Source: Victivallales bacterium
Lineage (GTDB): Bacteria; Verrucomicrobiota; Lentisphaeria; Oligosphaerales; Oligosphaeraceae
DNA length: 45,163 nucleotides
Assembly (NCBI GenBank): GCA_900769285.1
Contig: CAAGGB010000279.1
Location: forward strand, 1 to 45,163
Direction: 5' to 3'
This document shows positions 36,686 to 45,001 of this stretch, in pieces. The notes below the pieces were generated by a model. It had not been told where the DNA came from. It did not search any database and saw only the letters and a list, made by a program, of their open reading frames with translations. Both the position numbers and the translations under genes were made by a program. How positions within the stretch are numbered: position 1 is the first letter of the stretch; every line of letters starts with the position of its first letter.

Positions 36686-39600
36686 ATGAAAACCACACAC
36701 ATGCTTCAATCTCCATCCCCCTGCTGTCGCTTACTGGCCCACCTGGTGCTCCTGCTCCTGCTGCTTTGCTGCCCGCTTCTGCTTGCTGAAGTGACTGACG
36801 ACTTCTATTGGGAGTATTATAATGATGAGGAGGGACACACCGGCATCATCGTACTGGAATATGGTGGCTCGGAGACCAGCGTCACCATTCCTGACACCAT
36901 CGAGGGGCAGCCTGTCATTGCCTTGGGCAACGAGCTCTTTGACTATACCCCGCAGGTGAACACCGTCACGCTGCCTGCGCAGCTTATTCGTTTTGATGAA
37001 GATGTACAGCGCTTCTACTCCGACCGCATCTTCCATCTCCGCATCGCGGACAGCAACCCCAACTTTTGTGTGGTCGACGATGTGCTGTTCAGCAAGGACA
37101 TGAGCACCCTCTACTACTATCCCATCTGCGATCCGGACCGTCCAACGTCCTATACGATTCCCGCCGGCGTCACCACCATCGCCAGCGATGCCTTCAGGAT
37201 CCTTAATCCTGAATACCTTGAATATGTGGAACATGGCTTCTGTGATGATTACTTCCACTGGAAGGAGAACACACCGACACTGATGGATCTGATGCTTCCC
37301 AAGACCCTGGAGAAAATTGAATATTATGCGTTCTATACGACGGGAAGCATTGTGCGCTTTTATTTTCTTGGACCAGTGCCAGAGCTGGCGTTCGAAAGAG
37401 AACTTGCCAGCGAACAAGATGACTATAGTTGGCGAAGAGTGTTTGGCTTTGACAGCAGTTGGAGCACGCTTCCGACTTTTGGCGGTCTGGACGTAGAGTA
37501 CCTTTCATCGGAATATGCACTTGTGAAAGATGATATGGTTTTTTTCTTCGATGAGTATTGGGTTGATGACGAGTATTCTGATGGGTATGGCCTGTCAGGC
37601 TACCTGGGATTTGGGGTCAAGGATGTCGTCATTCCCAGCAAATTTAAGGGGCAGACCGTGACGGGGATTTACTCGTCTGCCTTTGAGGGCTGCATCCTGA
37701 ACAGCGTCACCATCCCCTCGTCAGTCAAGTACATGGAGGGACTCTGGCTGGGATGGGACGGCAGCGTGGCCGAATACCGCGTGTCTGGTGGCAAGAACTT
37801 CAGCGTTCAGGATGGCGTGCTCTACAACTATGCCAAGACGCATCTGATTGCCTATCCGGCGGGCAAGAAGGCGGAGAGGTATGTGATGCCCGACACCTGC
37901 GTGGGTGCCTATGAGGATGCCCTCGACCGCTGCCCTTACCTCAAATCCATCACCCTTTCGGCAAAGTTCTCAACCTTTGGGTTCGGCGGAGACGACAGCA
38001 GCGAGATGGACGGCAATCTCACGGACTGCCTGGCACTGGAGGAGATCATCGTCCCCACCAGCAACAAATCCTTCGCCTCCAAGGAGGGTGTCCTCTACAA
38101 CAAGAGCATGACAAGACTATGGCTGTATCCGCTGGGCAAGAAGGGCACCACCTTCACCTTGCCCAGCACCGTCACGCGCATCGGGGAGGATGCGTTCGGC
38201 AGCACCTGGGACTACAGCGAGGAACAGTGCGAAAAGCTCGAGTTGCGCACTGTCATCATGCCGGCCTCCGTCAACTACATCGAGATGGAGGCCATGGAGT
38301 GCAGCAATGTGAGAGAGCTCTTCTTCCTGGGCAAGCCGCCCACGCTGGAGGGGGAAAGCGAAGGCGAGACGTATGGCGGTTGGCTCGACAACGGCAAATG
38401 CCGCATCAAGGCCTACACCGGCACGGGATGGGACAAATATGCTGGCGGCACCTTCGCCGATGTGCCCGTCTCCATCGTCAGTAAGATGACGGCGCTGAGC
38501 CTGGAGGCTGAGACCAGCCTGCTGCTTCAGGGTGAAACCTGCTCGTTCACGGCCTATGCCAACCATGAGGATGGTGAGATTTCCGAGGTGGCGTATCCGT
38601 CCTGGAGCATCACCGTCGGCAGCGCCTACGCCTCCATCGACCTCCAGGGACGCCTCACCGCCAAGACCGGCCTCACGGAGGATCAGACGGTCACCGTCAA
38701 GGCGACCGTCACGGAAGGCTCCGTCACCAAGAGCGCCACGACGACCATCACCCTGCTCGCCTCCGAGCTGACGGGCCTGTATATCGATCTGTCCGAGGAG
38801 ACTCTCTCCAATGGCGATTCCTGCTTTCTGGAGGCCTATGTCACCACCATCTGGGATGACGAACCCCTGTATGTCTCCCCCGTCTGGAGCATCGTCTCCG
38901 GTGGCGACTACGCCACCATCGACCAGGATGGCCTCCTCACCGCCAAAAGCGTCTCCGACAGCCAGCCGGTGACCATCAAGGCGTCCTACACGGACGGATT
39001 CGTGACCAAGACTGCCACAGCCACCATCACCATCATCCCCTCGCCGCTCGATCATCTGGAGATAGCGGGACCAGCCTCCGTCATGTCCGGCAAAAGGGCC
39101 CAATACACGGCCTACGCACACTACAAGAATGGTACTTGGCAGGAGGTGACGCCCTCCTGGACCGTTCTCGCGCAGACGCCGACCGCCACCGTCAACGCCT
39201 CGGGACAGCTCACCGCCCTCGATGGTCAGTACACCCACACCTTCGCCATGCTTCAGGCCACCTACACGGAACACGGCATCACCCGCTCGGAGACCGTCGT
39301 GATTGACATCGAGCCGTTGCCGCCCTATCTTGTGGGCCTGGAGACCACGCTGGGCAGTCGCTGCCTACTCGCCGGCAAGTCCATGCGCCTGACGGCGCAG
39401 GCACAGTACAATGTCGGCGGCCCCAAGACTGTGAACGCCACCTGGACCCTCCTCGAGGGTGCCAGCTATGCCAGCCTGACCGCCGATGGCACTGCGCTGA
39501 TCATCTCGTCCGCCCTCCGCGACTCGCAGGGCATCCTGCTGCGCGCCTCCTACACCGAGAGCGGACGCACCGTGACCCGGGATGTCAGCCTGATGGCCAT

Positions 39601-39868
39601 CCCCGCTGACTTCACAGGCATGTCCTTCAGCTACACCTACCTCTTGAAGGCCGGCTGGCAAAGCCTATCCATCGTGCTAAAGCTCGATGAGCCCTCGCAG
39701 CAGAAACTGCTCCAGAGCTTCATCATCTTCAGCTTCGACACAGAGAACCGACGCTATCAGAAGGCGGAACGTCTGGAGGCTGGCCAATCCTACTGGCTCT
39801 ACGCGGAGTCGGACTGCGCCATCCAGGTCACAGGCGCCCCTCTGGGCACCCCCGTCGCCGCCGAATAG
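36686..39868 (+). CDS. Secreted/surface protein with BspA-type leucine-rich repeats (LRR_5) and five bacterial Ig-like (Big_2) domains
   Basis: Signal peptide. The N-terminal ~600 aa carry the pattern TIP..V..I...AF..C..L.S of BspA-like LRRs. The C-terminal half has repeated ~90-aa units (...SIDLQGRLTAKTGLTEDQTVTVKATVTEGSVTKSATTTITL... x5) typical of Big_2. Confidence 0.75.
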   Translation: MKTTHMLQSPSPCCRLLAHLVLLLLLLCCPLLLAEVTDDFYWEYYNDEEGHTGIIVLEYGGSETSVTIPDTIEGQPVIALGNELFDYTPQVNTVTLPAQLIRFDEDVQRFYSDRIFHLRIADSNPNFCVVDDVLFSKDMSTLYYYPICDPDRPTSYTIPAGVTTIASDAFRILNPEYLEYVEHGFCDDYFHWKENTPTLMDLMLPKTLEKIEYYAFYTTGSIVRFYFLGPVPELAFERELASEQDDYSWRRVFGFDSSWSTLPTFGGLDVEYLSSEYALVKDDMVFFFDEYWVDDEYSDGYGLSGYLGFGVKDVVIPSKFKGQTVTGIYSSAFEGCILNSVTIPSSVKYMEGLWLGWDGSVAEYRVSGGKNFSVQDGVLYNYAKTHLIAYPAGKKAERYVMPDTCVGAYEDALDRCPYLKSITLSAKFSTFGFGGDDSSEMDGNLTDCLALEEIIVPTSNKSFASKEGVLYNKSMTRLWLYPLGKKGTTFTLPSTVTRIGEDAFGSTWDYSEEQCEKLELRTVIMPASVNYIEMEAMECSNVRELFFLGKPPTLEGESEGETYGGWLDNGKCRIKAYTGTGWDKYAGGTFADVPVSIVSKMTALSLEAETSLLLQGETCSFTAYANHEDGEISEVAYPSWSITVGSAYASIDLQGRLTAKTGLTEDQTVTVKATVTEGSVTKSATTTITLLASELTGLYIDLSEETLSNGDSCFLEAYVTTIWDDEPLYVSPVWSIVSGGDYATIDQDGLLTAKSVSDSQPVTIKASYTDGFVTKTATATITIIPSPLDHLEIAGPASVMSGKRAQYTAYAHYKNGTWQEVTPSWTVLAQTPTATVNASGQLTALDGQYTHTFAMLQATYTEHGITRSETVVIDIEPLPPYLVGLETTLGSRCLLAGKSMRLTAQAQYNVGGPKTVNATWTLLEGASYASLTADGTALIISSALRDSQGILLRASYTESGRTVTRDVSLMAIPADFTGMSFSYTYLLKAGWQSLSIVLKLDEPSQQKLLQSFIIFSFDTENRRYQKAERLEAGQSYWLYAESDCAIQVTGAPLGTPVAAE

Positions 39869-39879
39869 GCCCATTAGGC

Positions 39880-40785
39880 TCACAGAAGCAGATTGACGAG
39901 GCAGCCCGTCACCAGCGAGAAGAGCAGGACAAACAGCAGGTACCAAGCAAAATTCCGAGCGCCTAGCACGATCTTCAGCGCCCCCAAGTTGGTAATCTTC
40001 GTGGCGGCGCCCGTCAGCATGAAGGCCGTCGCCGCCCCCAGGCTCATCCCCTCGGCCAGCCAGTCTCGCAGCATCGGTATGGCGCCGCCGCCGCACACAT
40101 AGAGCGGAACGCCCACCATCGCGGCCAGCAGCAGCCCCGCCTGTCGCTGGCCGCCAAACAGACGCCCGACCAGCTCCGGCGGAACATAGCGCTGGAACAG
40201 CGCCGACAGCAGAATGCCCGCCGCAAACCACGGCCCCGTCGCCCTGACGTTGCGTCCCAGGCTGAACAGCAGACGCAGCGCCGGATGCGGATGCGTGTCG
40301 CGCCCCGCACGCTCCTCAAAGCCCTGGAAGTTGAGGAACGGCGCCGCCCCACGATAGGCATGGCGCAGCAGCGCCCCCGCCGCGACGCCGCACAGGAAAC
40401 AGGCGACCAGCCGGACGCACAGCGCCGTCCGCCCTAGCGCGGCGGTGTAGAGCAGCAACTGCGGATTCAGCAGGATGGAGCTCATCATGAAGGCGCCCAG
40501 AAAGTCCTCCTTGAGCCCCCTCTGCGCGAATGAGGCGCAGAGGGGGATGGTCCCGTACATGCAGAGCGGCGAGGCGATGCCCAGCAGACTGGCGACGACC
40601 CAGCCCAGCGGCCCCGTCAGACGCTGCCCCAGACGGAGGCAGAGGCGACAGATGCCCGCCTTGGCGAACACCGACACCAGCGACCCCAGCGCCATGCCAA
40701 GCAGCCAGTACCAGACAAGCTGTCGAAACTGCAGGTCGGCATAGTACCAGAGCCAGGTGGCCTCCTGCCTGATGATGTCCAGCAT
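39880..40785 (-). CDS. Putative permease, DUF318/YraQ-type (two-repeat 8-TM family)
   Basis: Two internally repeated halves each carry a Cys-containing motif (LCMYGTIPLCA and LYVCGGGAIPM), as in the PF03773 family. It is the last gene of the MerR-led operon. Confidence 0.55.
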   Translation of the reverse strand: MLDIIRQEATWLWYYADLQFRQLVWYWLLGMALGSLVSVFAKAGICRLCLRLGQRLTGPLGWVVASLLGIASPLCMYGTIPLCASFAQRGLKEDFLGAFMMSSILLNPQLLLYTAALGRTALCVRLVACFLCGVAAGALLRHAYRGAAPFLNFQGFEERAGRDTHPHPALRLLFSLGRNVRATGPWFAAGILLSALFQRYVPPELVGRLFGGQRQAGLLLAAMVGVPLYVCGGGAIPMLRDWLAEGMSLGAATAFMLTGAATKITNLGALKIVLGARNFAWYLLFVLLFSLVTGCLVNLLL

Positions 40786-40798
40786 GGCTTTTCTCCGC

Positions 40799-41809
40799 TC
40801 ACTTGTCCAGATTGACCAGTCGGTAGTGCCGCTGATAGACGCCCAGGCTGTCCGTGTAGTCCAGGATATGGCGTCCCTGCTGCCGATCGATGCGGGCCTT
40901 GAGGCTCGCGGAGTCGGGCGCCTGCCAGACCTTGTCGATGCAGGCCTGATCCAGTGCCAGCGGATCCAGCGAGGCCAGGATGCCGATGTCGTGCATATCG
41001 GGCTCCGCGGGGTTGGCGTTGCAGTCGCAGTCGATGCTCAGCCGGTTCATCACGTTGATGAACGCGACGGCTCGTCCGCAGTCCATGGCCTTACAGACGG
41101 CGAGGGCGGCCTCCCCCATCGCCTCCAGGAAGGGAATCTGCTCGCCAATCCAGGGGTTGGTGTCGCTCTTGCCGCCGGAGTGGATGATGGCCTTGCCGGA
41201 CTTCCCGGCGCTGGTGCCGCTGCCGAAGCCGATGGAGAGGTTCTTGAGCGCACCGCCGAAACCGGCCATCTGGTGTCCCTTGAAGTGCGAGAGAACCAGA
41301 TAGGAGTCGTAGTTCCGGAAATGCGAGCCCACATAGTCCTCCTTCAGTACCTTGCCGTTGACGGGCAGCGTCAGGTATCCCTCCTCGTCCTGGAGGTCGA
41401 ACGGGGCGATGTCGAGGTATCCGCGCTCCCTGACGGCCTGATGGTGCATGGCCACGGTGGCGCGGTTGCCACCATAGGCGGTGTTGCACTCCACAATCGT
41501 GCCGTCCAGCATCCGGACCAGCTTGCCGATGAGTGCGGGGCGCAGGTGATTGGTCTTGGCGGACTCGCCGGTGCTGATTTTCACGCCGACCTTTCCGGTG
41601 GGCGTCCAGCCGAGCGCCTGATAGACGCGCACCAGCCCCTCGGGCGAGATGTCCCGGGTGAAGTAGACGACCGGCGCGGCCGCGTCGTTCACCTCATGGC
41701 TGATGACGGTCTCCTGCACGGGTGGTGCCGCAGTCTGGCTCGGCCTGGGCTCAACACAGCCAAACAGCATGGCCATCGTGGCCATCGTCATCCATATGTG
41801 TCCTTTCAT
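40799..41809 (-). CDS. Lipoprotein, DUF362-like domain (tentative)
   Basis: Lipobox MAMLFGC. GGGAGAAG RBS 7 nt upstream. Motifs SHFKGHQMAGFGGALKNLSIG and NVMNRLSIDCDCN resemble DUF362; this is a low-certainty recollection. Confidence 0.45.
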   Translation of the reverse strand: MKGHIWMTMATMAMLFGCVEPRPSQTAAPPVQETVISHEVNDAAAPVVYFTRDISPEGLVRVYQALGWTPTGKVGVKISTGESAKTNHLRPALIGKLVRMLDGTIVECNTAYGGNRATVAMHHQAVRERGYLDIAPFDLQDEEGYLTLPVNGKVLKEDYVGSHFRNYDSYLVLSHFKGHQMAGFGGALKNLSIGFGSGTSAGKSGKAIIHSGGKSDTNPWIGEQIPFLEAMGEAALAVCKAMDCGRAVAFINVMNRLSIDCDCNANPAEPDMHDIGILASLDPLALDQACIDKVWQAPDSASLKARIDRQQGRHILDYTDSLGVYQRHYRLVNLDK

Positions 41810-41865
41810 GTCTGTCTTCTCCCTGTGGTTGATGGGGTTCGTGTTCCGTTAAGGCATGGGCGAGG

Positions 41866-42924
41866 TCACGGCTGCCTGGGGCTGGCCGTCGCCTCGCGAT
41901 AGTCGCGGTCGGTGACTGGCTCAAGCCATTCGGTGCGCCCGCCCTCCCCCGGCGCCTCCATGGCCAGGTGCTGGAACCAGCCATGCGGCCCGGCCCCATG
42001 CCAGTGCTTGACGCCGGCGGGAATGTTCACCGTGTCGCCCTTGCGCAGCAGTCGGGCGGGCTTGCCCCATTCCTGGTAGTAGCCTTCGCCGGCCGTGATG
42101 GCCAGTATCTGTCCGCCGCCGCTGTGCGCCTGATGGACATGCCAGTGGTTGCGGCAGCCCGGCTCGAAGGTCACGGCGCTGACGCGCACCTGCTCCGTGG
42201 AGACAGGCGCCAGGTAGCTGCGGCCGATGAAGTACTGCGCATAGGCCACATTGGGCTCGCCGACGGGGAAGGCAGACCAGTCCGGCGGCAGACGGCTCGG
42301 CTCCTCGGGACGCTGGACGCGGGCGACAATGGCCTGCGCCTGCGCGTCCGTGATGCCGTTGACCTTTCCCACCGCGATATGCGAGGTCATCTGCGACGCC
42401 GTCTCGGGACGGGCCGCCAGCGCGGCGATGGTGGCAATCTCGCGTGTGCGCCAATCCACGTTGTCTCGGGAGAAGATGTCTCCGAAGAGGTGGGCCTTGA
42501 GATACTCGTCCAACTGCGGATGGAAGTCATAGAGCGGCCCACGTACGGGACGCCCGCAGAGCTTCGTCTGGTTGGCGGTGCCGAACTCGATGGCCTTGCC
42601 CGACGGCGCCGGGCTGGGCGCGCGCCCCTCGGCGGGACGCCGCTCGCCGGCGACCCGCATCAGCGTCGACGCGGCGTTGAGGGCGCGGGGAAAGCCGCAG
42701 TAGGCGTAGAGCTGTCCCACCAGCTCCTTCGCCTCGCTGAGGGTGAGTCCCGCGTCAAAGCCCGCGTTCAGCGCAGACGCGAGCGCCGACTGGTCGCCGC
42801 GCGCCGTGGCCGCCGAGAGGTCGATAATGGCCCGTTCCTTGAGTGTCAGAAGTGTGGTCTCCATGGCAAAGGCTCCTTGAAAGGCTAATAATAGAGTAAC
42901 TGAAAAGATAAGAATGCTCTTCAT
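41866..42924 (-). CDS. Carboxymuconolactone decarboxylase (AhpD-like) domain fused to a C-terminal cupin domain; signal peptide
   Basis: Signal peptide MKSILIFSVTLLLAFQGAFA. Two CMD-like helical repeats (..LYAYCGFPRALNA.. / ..IATIAALAARPETASQ..). Cupin motif HWHVHQAHSGGGQILAITAGEGYYQEWG...VKHWHGA. GGGAGGAG RBS 8 nt upstream. Confidence 0.7.
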   Translation of the reverse strand: MKSILIFSVTLLLAFQGAFAMETTLLTLKERAIIDLSAATARGDQSALASALNAGFDAGLTLSEAKELVGQLYAYCGFPRALNAASTLMRVAGERRPAEGRAPSPAPSGKAIEFGTANQTKLCGRPVRGPLYDFHPQLDEYLKAHLFGDIFSRDNVDWRTREIATIAALAARPETASQMTSHIAVGKVNGITDAQAQAIVARVQRPEEPSRLPPDWSAFPVGEPNVAYAQYFIGRSYLAPVSTEQVRVSAVTFEPGCRNHWHVHQAHSGGGQILAITAGEGYYQEWGKPARLLRKGDTVNIPAGVKHWHGAGPHGWFQHLAMEAPGEGGRTEWLEPVTDRDYREATASPRQP

Positions 42925-42944
42925 CTGGCTGCTCCTCCCGTCTG

Positions 42945-43544
42945 TCAGTCAGCGCCTCTCACAACCACTCGCTGCTCGACGAACTTCTCCAGCGCCTTCA
43001 CGTCCGACCGGACGGACGCGCCGAGGAAGGCGGCCGGCTCCAGCACCGTCGATGCTGGCAGCAGCTCCGCGAATTCGCGTCCGACACGCTGCATGCCGCC
43101 GCCGCCGTGGGTCTGAAAGACGCAGACGGCCTTGCCCCTCAACGCTTCGCGGTTCTGCGTCACCCAGGTGCGGACAGGCGGCGCCATCGTGCCCCACCAG
43201 TTCGGCGTGCCAACGAACACCACCTCATACTTCGTCAGATCCAGCCCAGGCAACGGACGGATGGGACGCAGCGTCTTCGCCTGGCACTCTGGCTTCGCCT
43301 CCCGTGTGCAGGTGCGGTAGTCCGACGAATAGGGCTGCGCCGCCTTGATCTCAAACACCGCCGCCGACAGCCGCCTCGCGATGGTCTCCGCCGCGAAGCG
43401 CGTGTTGCCGTCCGGACTCCACGAGAAATAGACCACCGCCGCCTTGCCCCGCTCCATCGCCACGGGTGCGCCCTGAGCGCCGTTTCCGAAAAGTCCCGTC
43501 AGCATTCCTGCCATCATGATGCCTCCTGCCAATATGCGTTTCAT
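42945..43544 (-). CDS. Flavodoxin-like FMN-binding protein with N-terminal signal peptide
   Basis: AAVVYFSWSPDGNTRFAAETIA is the flavodoxin T/S-x-T-G-x-T phosphate-binding loop. An N-terminal hydrophobic segment resembles a Sec signal. AGAGGA RBS is 9 nt upstream. Confidence 0.7.
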   Translation of the reverse strand: MKRILAGGIMMAGMLTGLFGNGAQGAPVAMERGKAAVVYFSWSPDGNTRFAAETIARRLSAAVFEIKAAQPYSSDYRTCTREAKPECQAKTLRPIRPLPGLDLTKYEVVFVGTPNWWGTMAPPVRTWVTQNREALRGKAVCVFQTHGGGGMQRVGREFAELLPASTVLEPAAFLGASVRSDVKALEKFVEQRVVVRGAD

Positions 43545-43587
43545 GGTTGCCGTCCTCTTGCTGTGGAGATGTTTGGTTCAGCGTGCG

Positions 43588-44067
43588 TCATCTGTCCGTA
43601 GCGGAAGAGTCGCCTGGCCGCTTCAGATTCATGGGATTGCAGTGGTCCGGCGCCTTGCCGGCAAGCAGCCCCTCGTAGTAGCGCTTCTTGTACTCGAGAA
43701 TCTCCATCTGGCGATTCAGCTCGTCCAACTGCTCCCGCAGCTTCTGCTCTTGGGCGTTGATCAGCGCCGCCCGCGCCGGAATGGTCGAGTCGCCCTCACG
43801 GCACATCTCGATGTACCGTCGAACCTCCGATACCGGCAGTCCCGTGGATCGCAGGCAGTGCACAATCTTCAGCCATGCCAGATTGTAGTCCGAGAAGCGA
43901 CGGCTGTTGCCGACGGTCCGCTCGACATAGGGAATGAGACCCTCGTTGTCGTAGTAGCGGACGGCATACGGCGTCAGCCCCATCTTCTCTGCCATTTCCT
44001 TGACGGTATAGCGAGGCGTGCGGTCGGTCAGCCCCGCCAAGCCACCGTGATAGGGTTTCTGCTGCAT
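43588..44067 (-). CDS. MerR-family transcriptional regulator
   Basis: wHTH YTVKEMAEKMGLTPYAVRYYDNEGLIPYVERTVGNSRRFSDYNLAWLKIV, followed by a coiled-coil dimerisation helix and C-terminal Cys residues. The start MQQK is preceded by AAGGAG 6 nt upstream. Confidence 0.85.
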   Translation of the reverse strand: MQQKPYHGGLAGLTDRTPRYTVKEMAEKMGLTPYAVRYYDNEGLIPYVERTVGNSRRFSDYNLAWLKIVHCLRSTGLPVSEVRRYIEMCREGDSTIPARAALINAQEQKLREQLDELNRQMEILEYKKRYYEGLLAGKAPDHCNPMNLKRPGDSSATDR

Positions 44068-44149
44068 CTTCTGCTCCTTTTGCTTGCATTCCATGATCGT
44101 CGCCTGCCTCAGACGCTGCCTCGGCTTGCTCCTGCCCATACGCTACACA

Positions 44150-44164
44150 TTACAGTTACTGTAA
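44150..44164. promoter_or_regulatory. Perfect palindrome TTACAGT-T-ACTGTAA (candidate MerR operator, copy 1)
   Basis: 7-1-7 inverted repeat read directly. On the minus strand it sits immediately 3' of a TTGACT -35-like hexamer, as MerR-family operators do, ~85 nt upstream of the merR start. Confidence 0.55.
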
Positions 44165-44318
44165 GTCAAACGTCTTGTCTCATTTTTTTCGTTGTTCTCG
44201 CCATGTCCCTGTCCCTTTCCCTCACTGCACATTTCGGTTCCTGTAGGTCATAGCTCCAATCACATTCATCACCTGCCCCGGCAGCGGTCCTGCCTGGTCC
44301 ACAGGCCATACGCCACAC

Positions 44319-44333
44319 ATGACAGTTACTGTA
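44319..44333. promoter_or_regulatory. Second, imperfect copy of the palindrome (TGACAGT-T-ACTGTAA) within a ~50-bp direct repeat of the copy-1 region
   Basis: 44311-44363 repeats 44141-44192 (cgc.acacat.acagttactgtaag.caaa...ttttttc.cg). One mismatch in the left half-site. On the minus strand it is preceded by TTGCCT. Confidence 0.45.
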
Positions 44334-44460
44334 AGGCAAATGCCCCCTGTCGCTTTTTTCTCGCGATTTCCGCTCCTCACGCCTCGCTGTCCCCCTCCAC
44401 CGCGCTTGCGCCCTCGCTTCCCCACCCCATGATGCTTCTCTGTGATTTACGATGACTTAT

Positions 44461-44538
44461 TATGATAATCTGATTTATAACTTGACTTCACTCATTTTCG
44501 GCTGTATCTTAGGCCCGGGGGCCAGGCGGAGTGCCCCC
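44461..44538 (+). repeat. Promoter-like direct repeat, copy A (AT-rich UP-like tract + TTGACT-17 bp-TATCTT + GC-rich GGCCCGGGGGCCAGGCGGAG)
   Basis: tatgataatctgatttataaCTTGACTtcactcattttcggctgTATCTTaggcccgggggccaggcggag. It is nearly identical to copy B, 245 bp downstream. Confidence 0.6.
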
Positions 44539-44705
44539 TCCTCGCCCCCTCCCCGCCCCCTCCCCGCAAGCCGCGTCCGACGAGCGATGCGAGGCGGCCA
44601 GACAGCCACAAGGCGGCAGACTCTGATGAGCCTGGGGCGATGCGCCCGGCAGGGGCACGTGCACCTCGGAATTCAGGAAACCATACGGAATCCTTATGCC
44701 CTTAT

Positions 44706-44782
44706 ATGATAATCTGAATTAAAACTTGACTTCATTCGTTTTCGGCTGTACCTTAGGCCCGGGGGCCAGGCGGAGAGCCCCC
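44706..44782 (+). repeat. Promoter-like direct repeat, copy B (TTGACT-17 bp-TACCTT), ~220 bp upstream of the last gene
   Basis: tatgataatctgaattaaaaCTTGACTtcattcgttttcggctgTACCTTaggcccgggggccaggcggag. Confidence 0.6.
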
Positions 44783-45001
44783 CCCCTACCGGCTGAGGCG
44801 AGGACCTGGGAAACGTCCGTTTGGGTGAACCGGCCCTGCGGTGCAGGACTGCGTTTCTTGGCTGCCTGACGGGCTCCATCGTTCGCGGCGGTTGCAAACG
44901 CAAAACAGGCACTATATTATTAGAATGTTTGGAGGAACAAGGTCACCTGCGCGACGCCTCCATCCACGTCATCCCCTGTCATCCCCTGCACAGAAGGAAC
45001 C

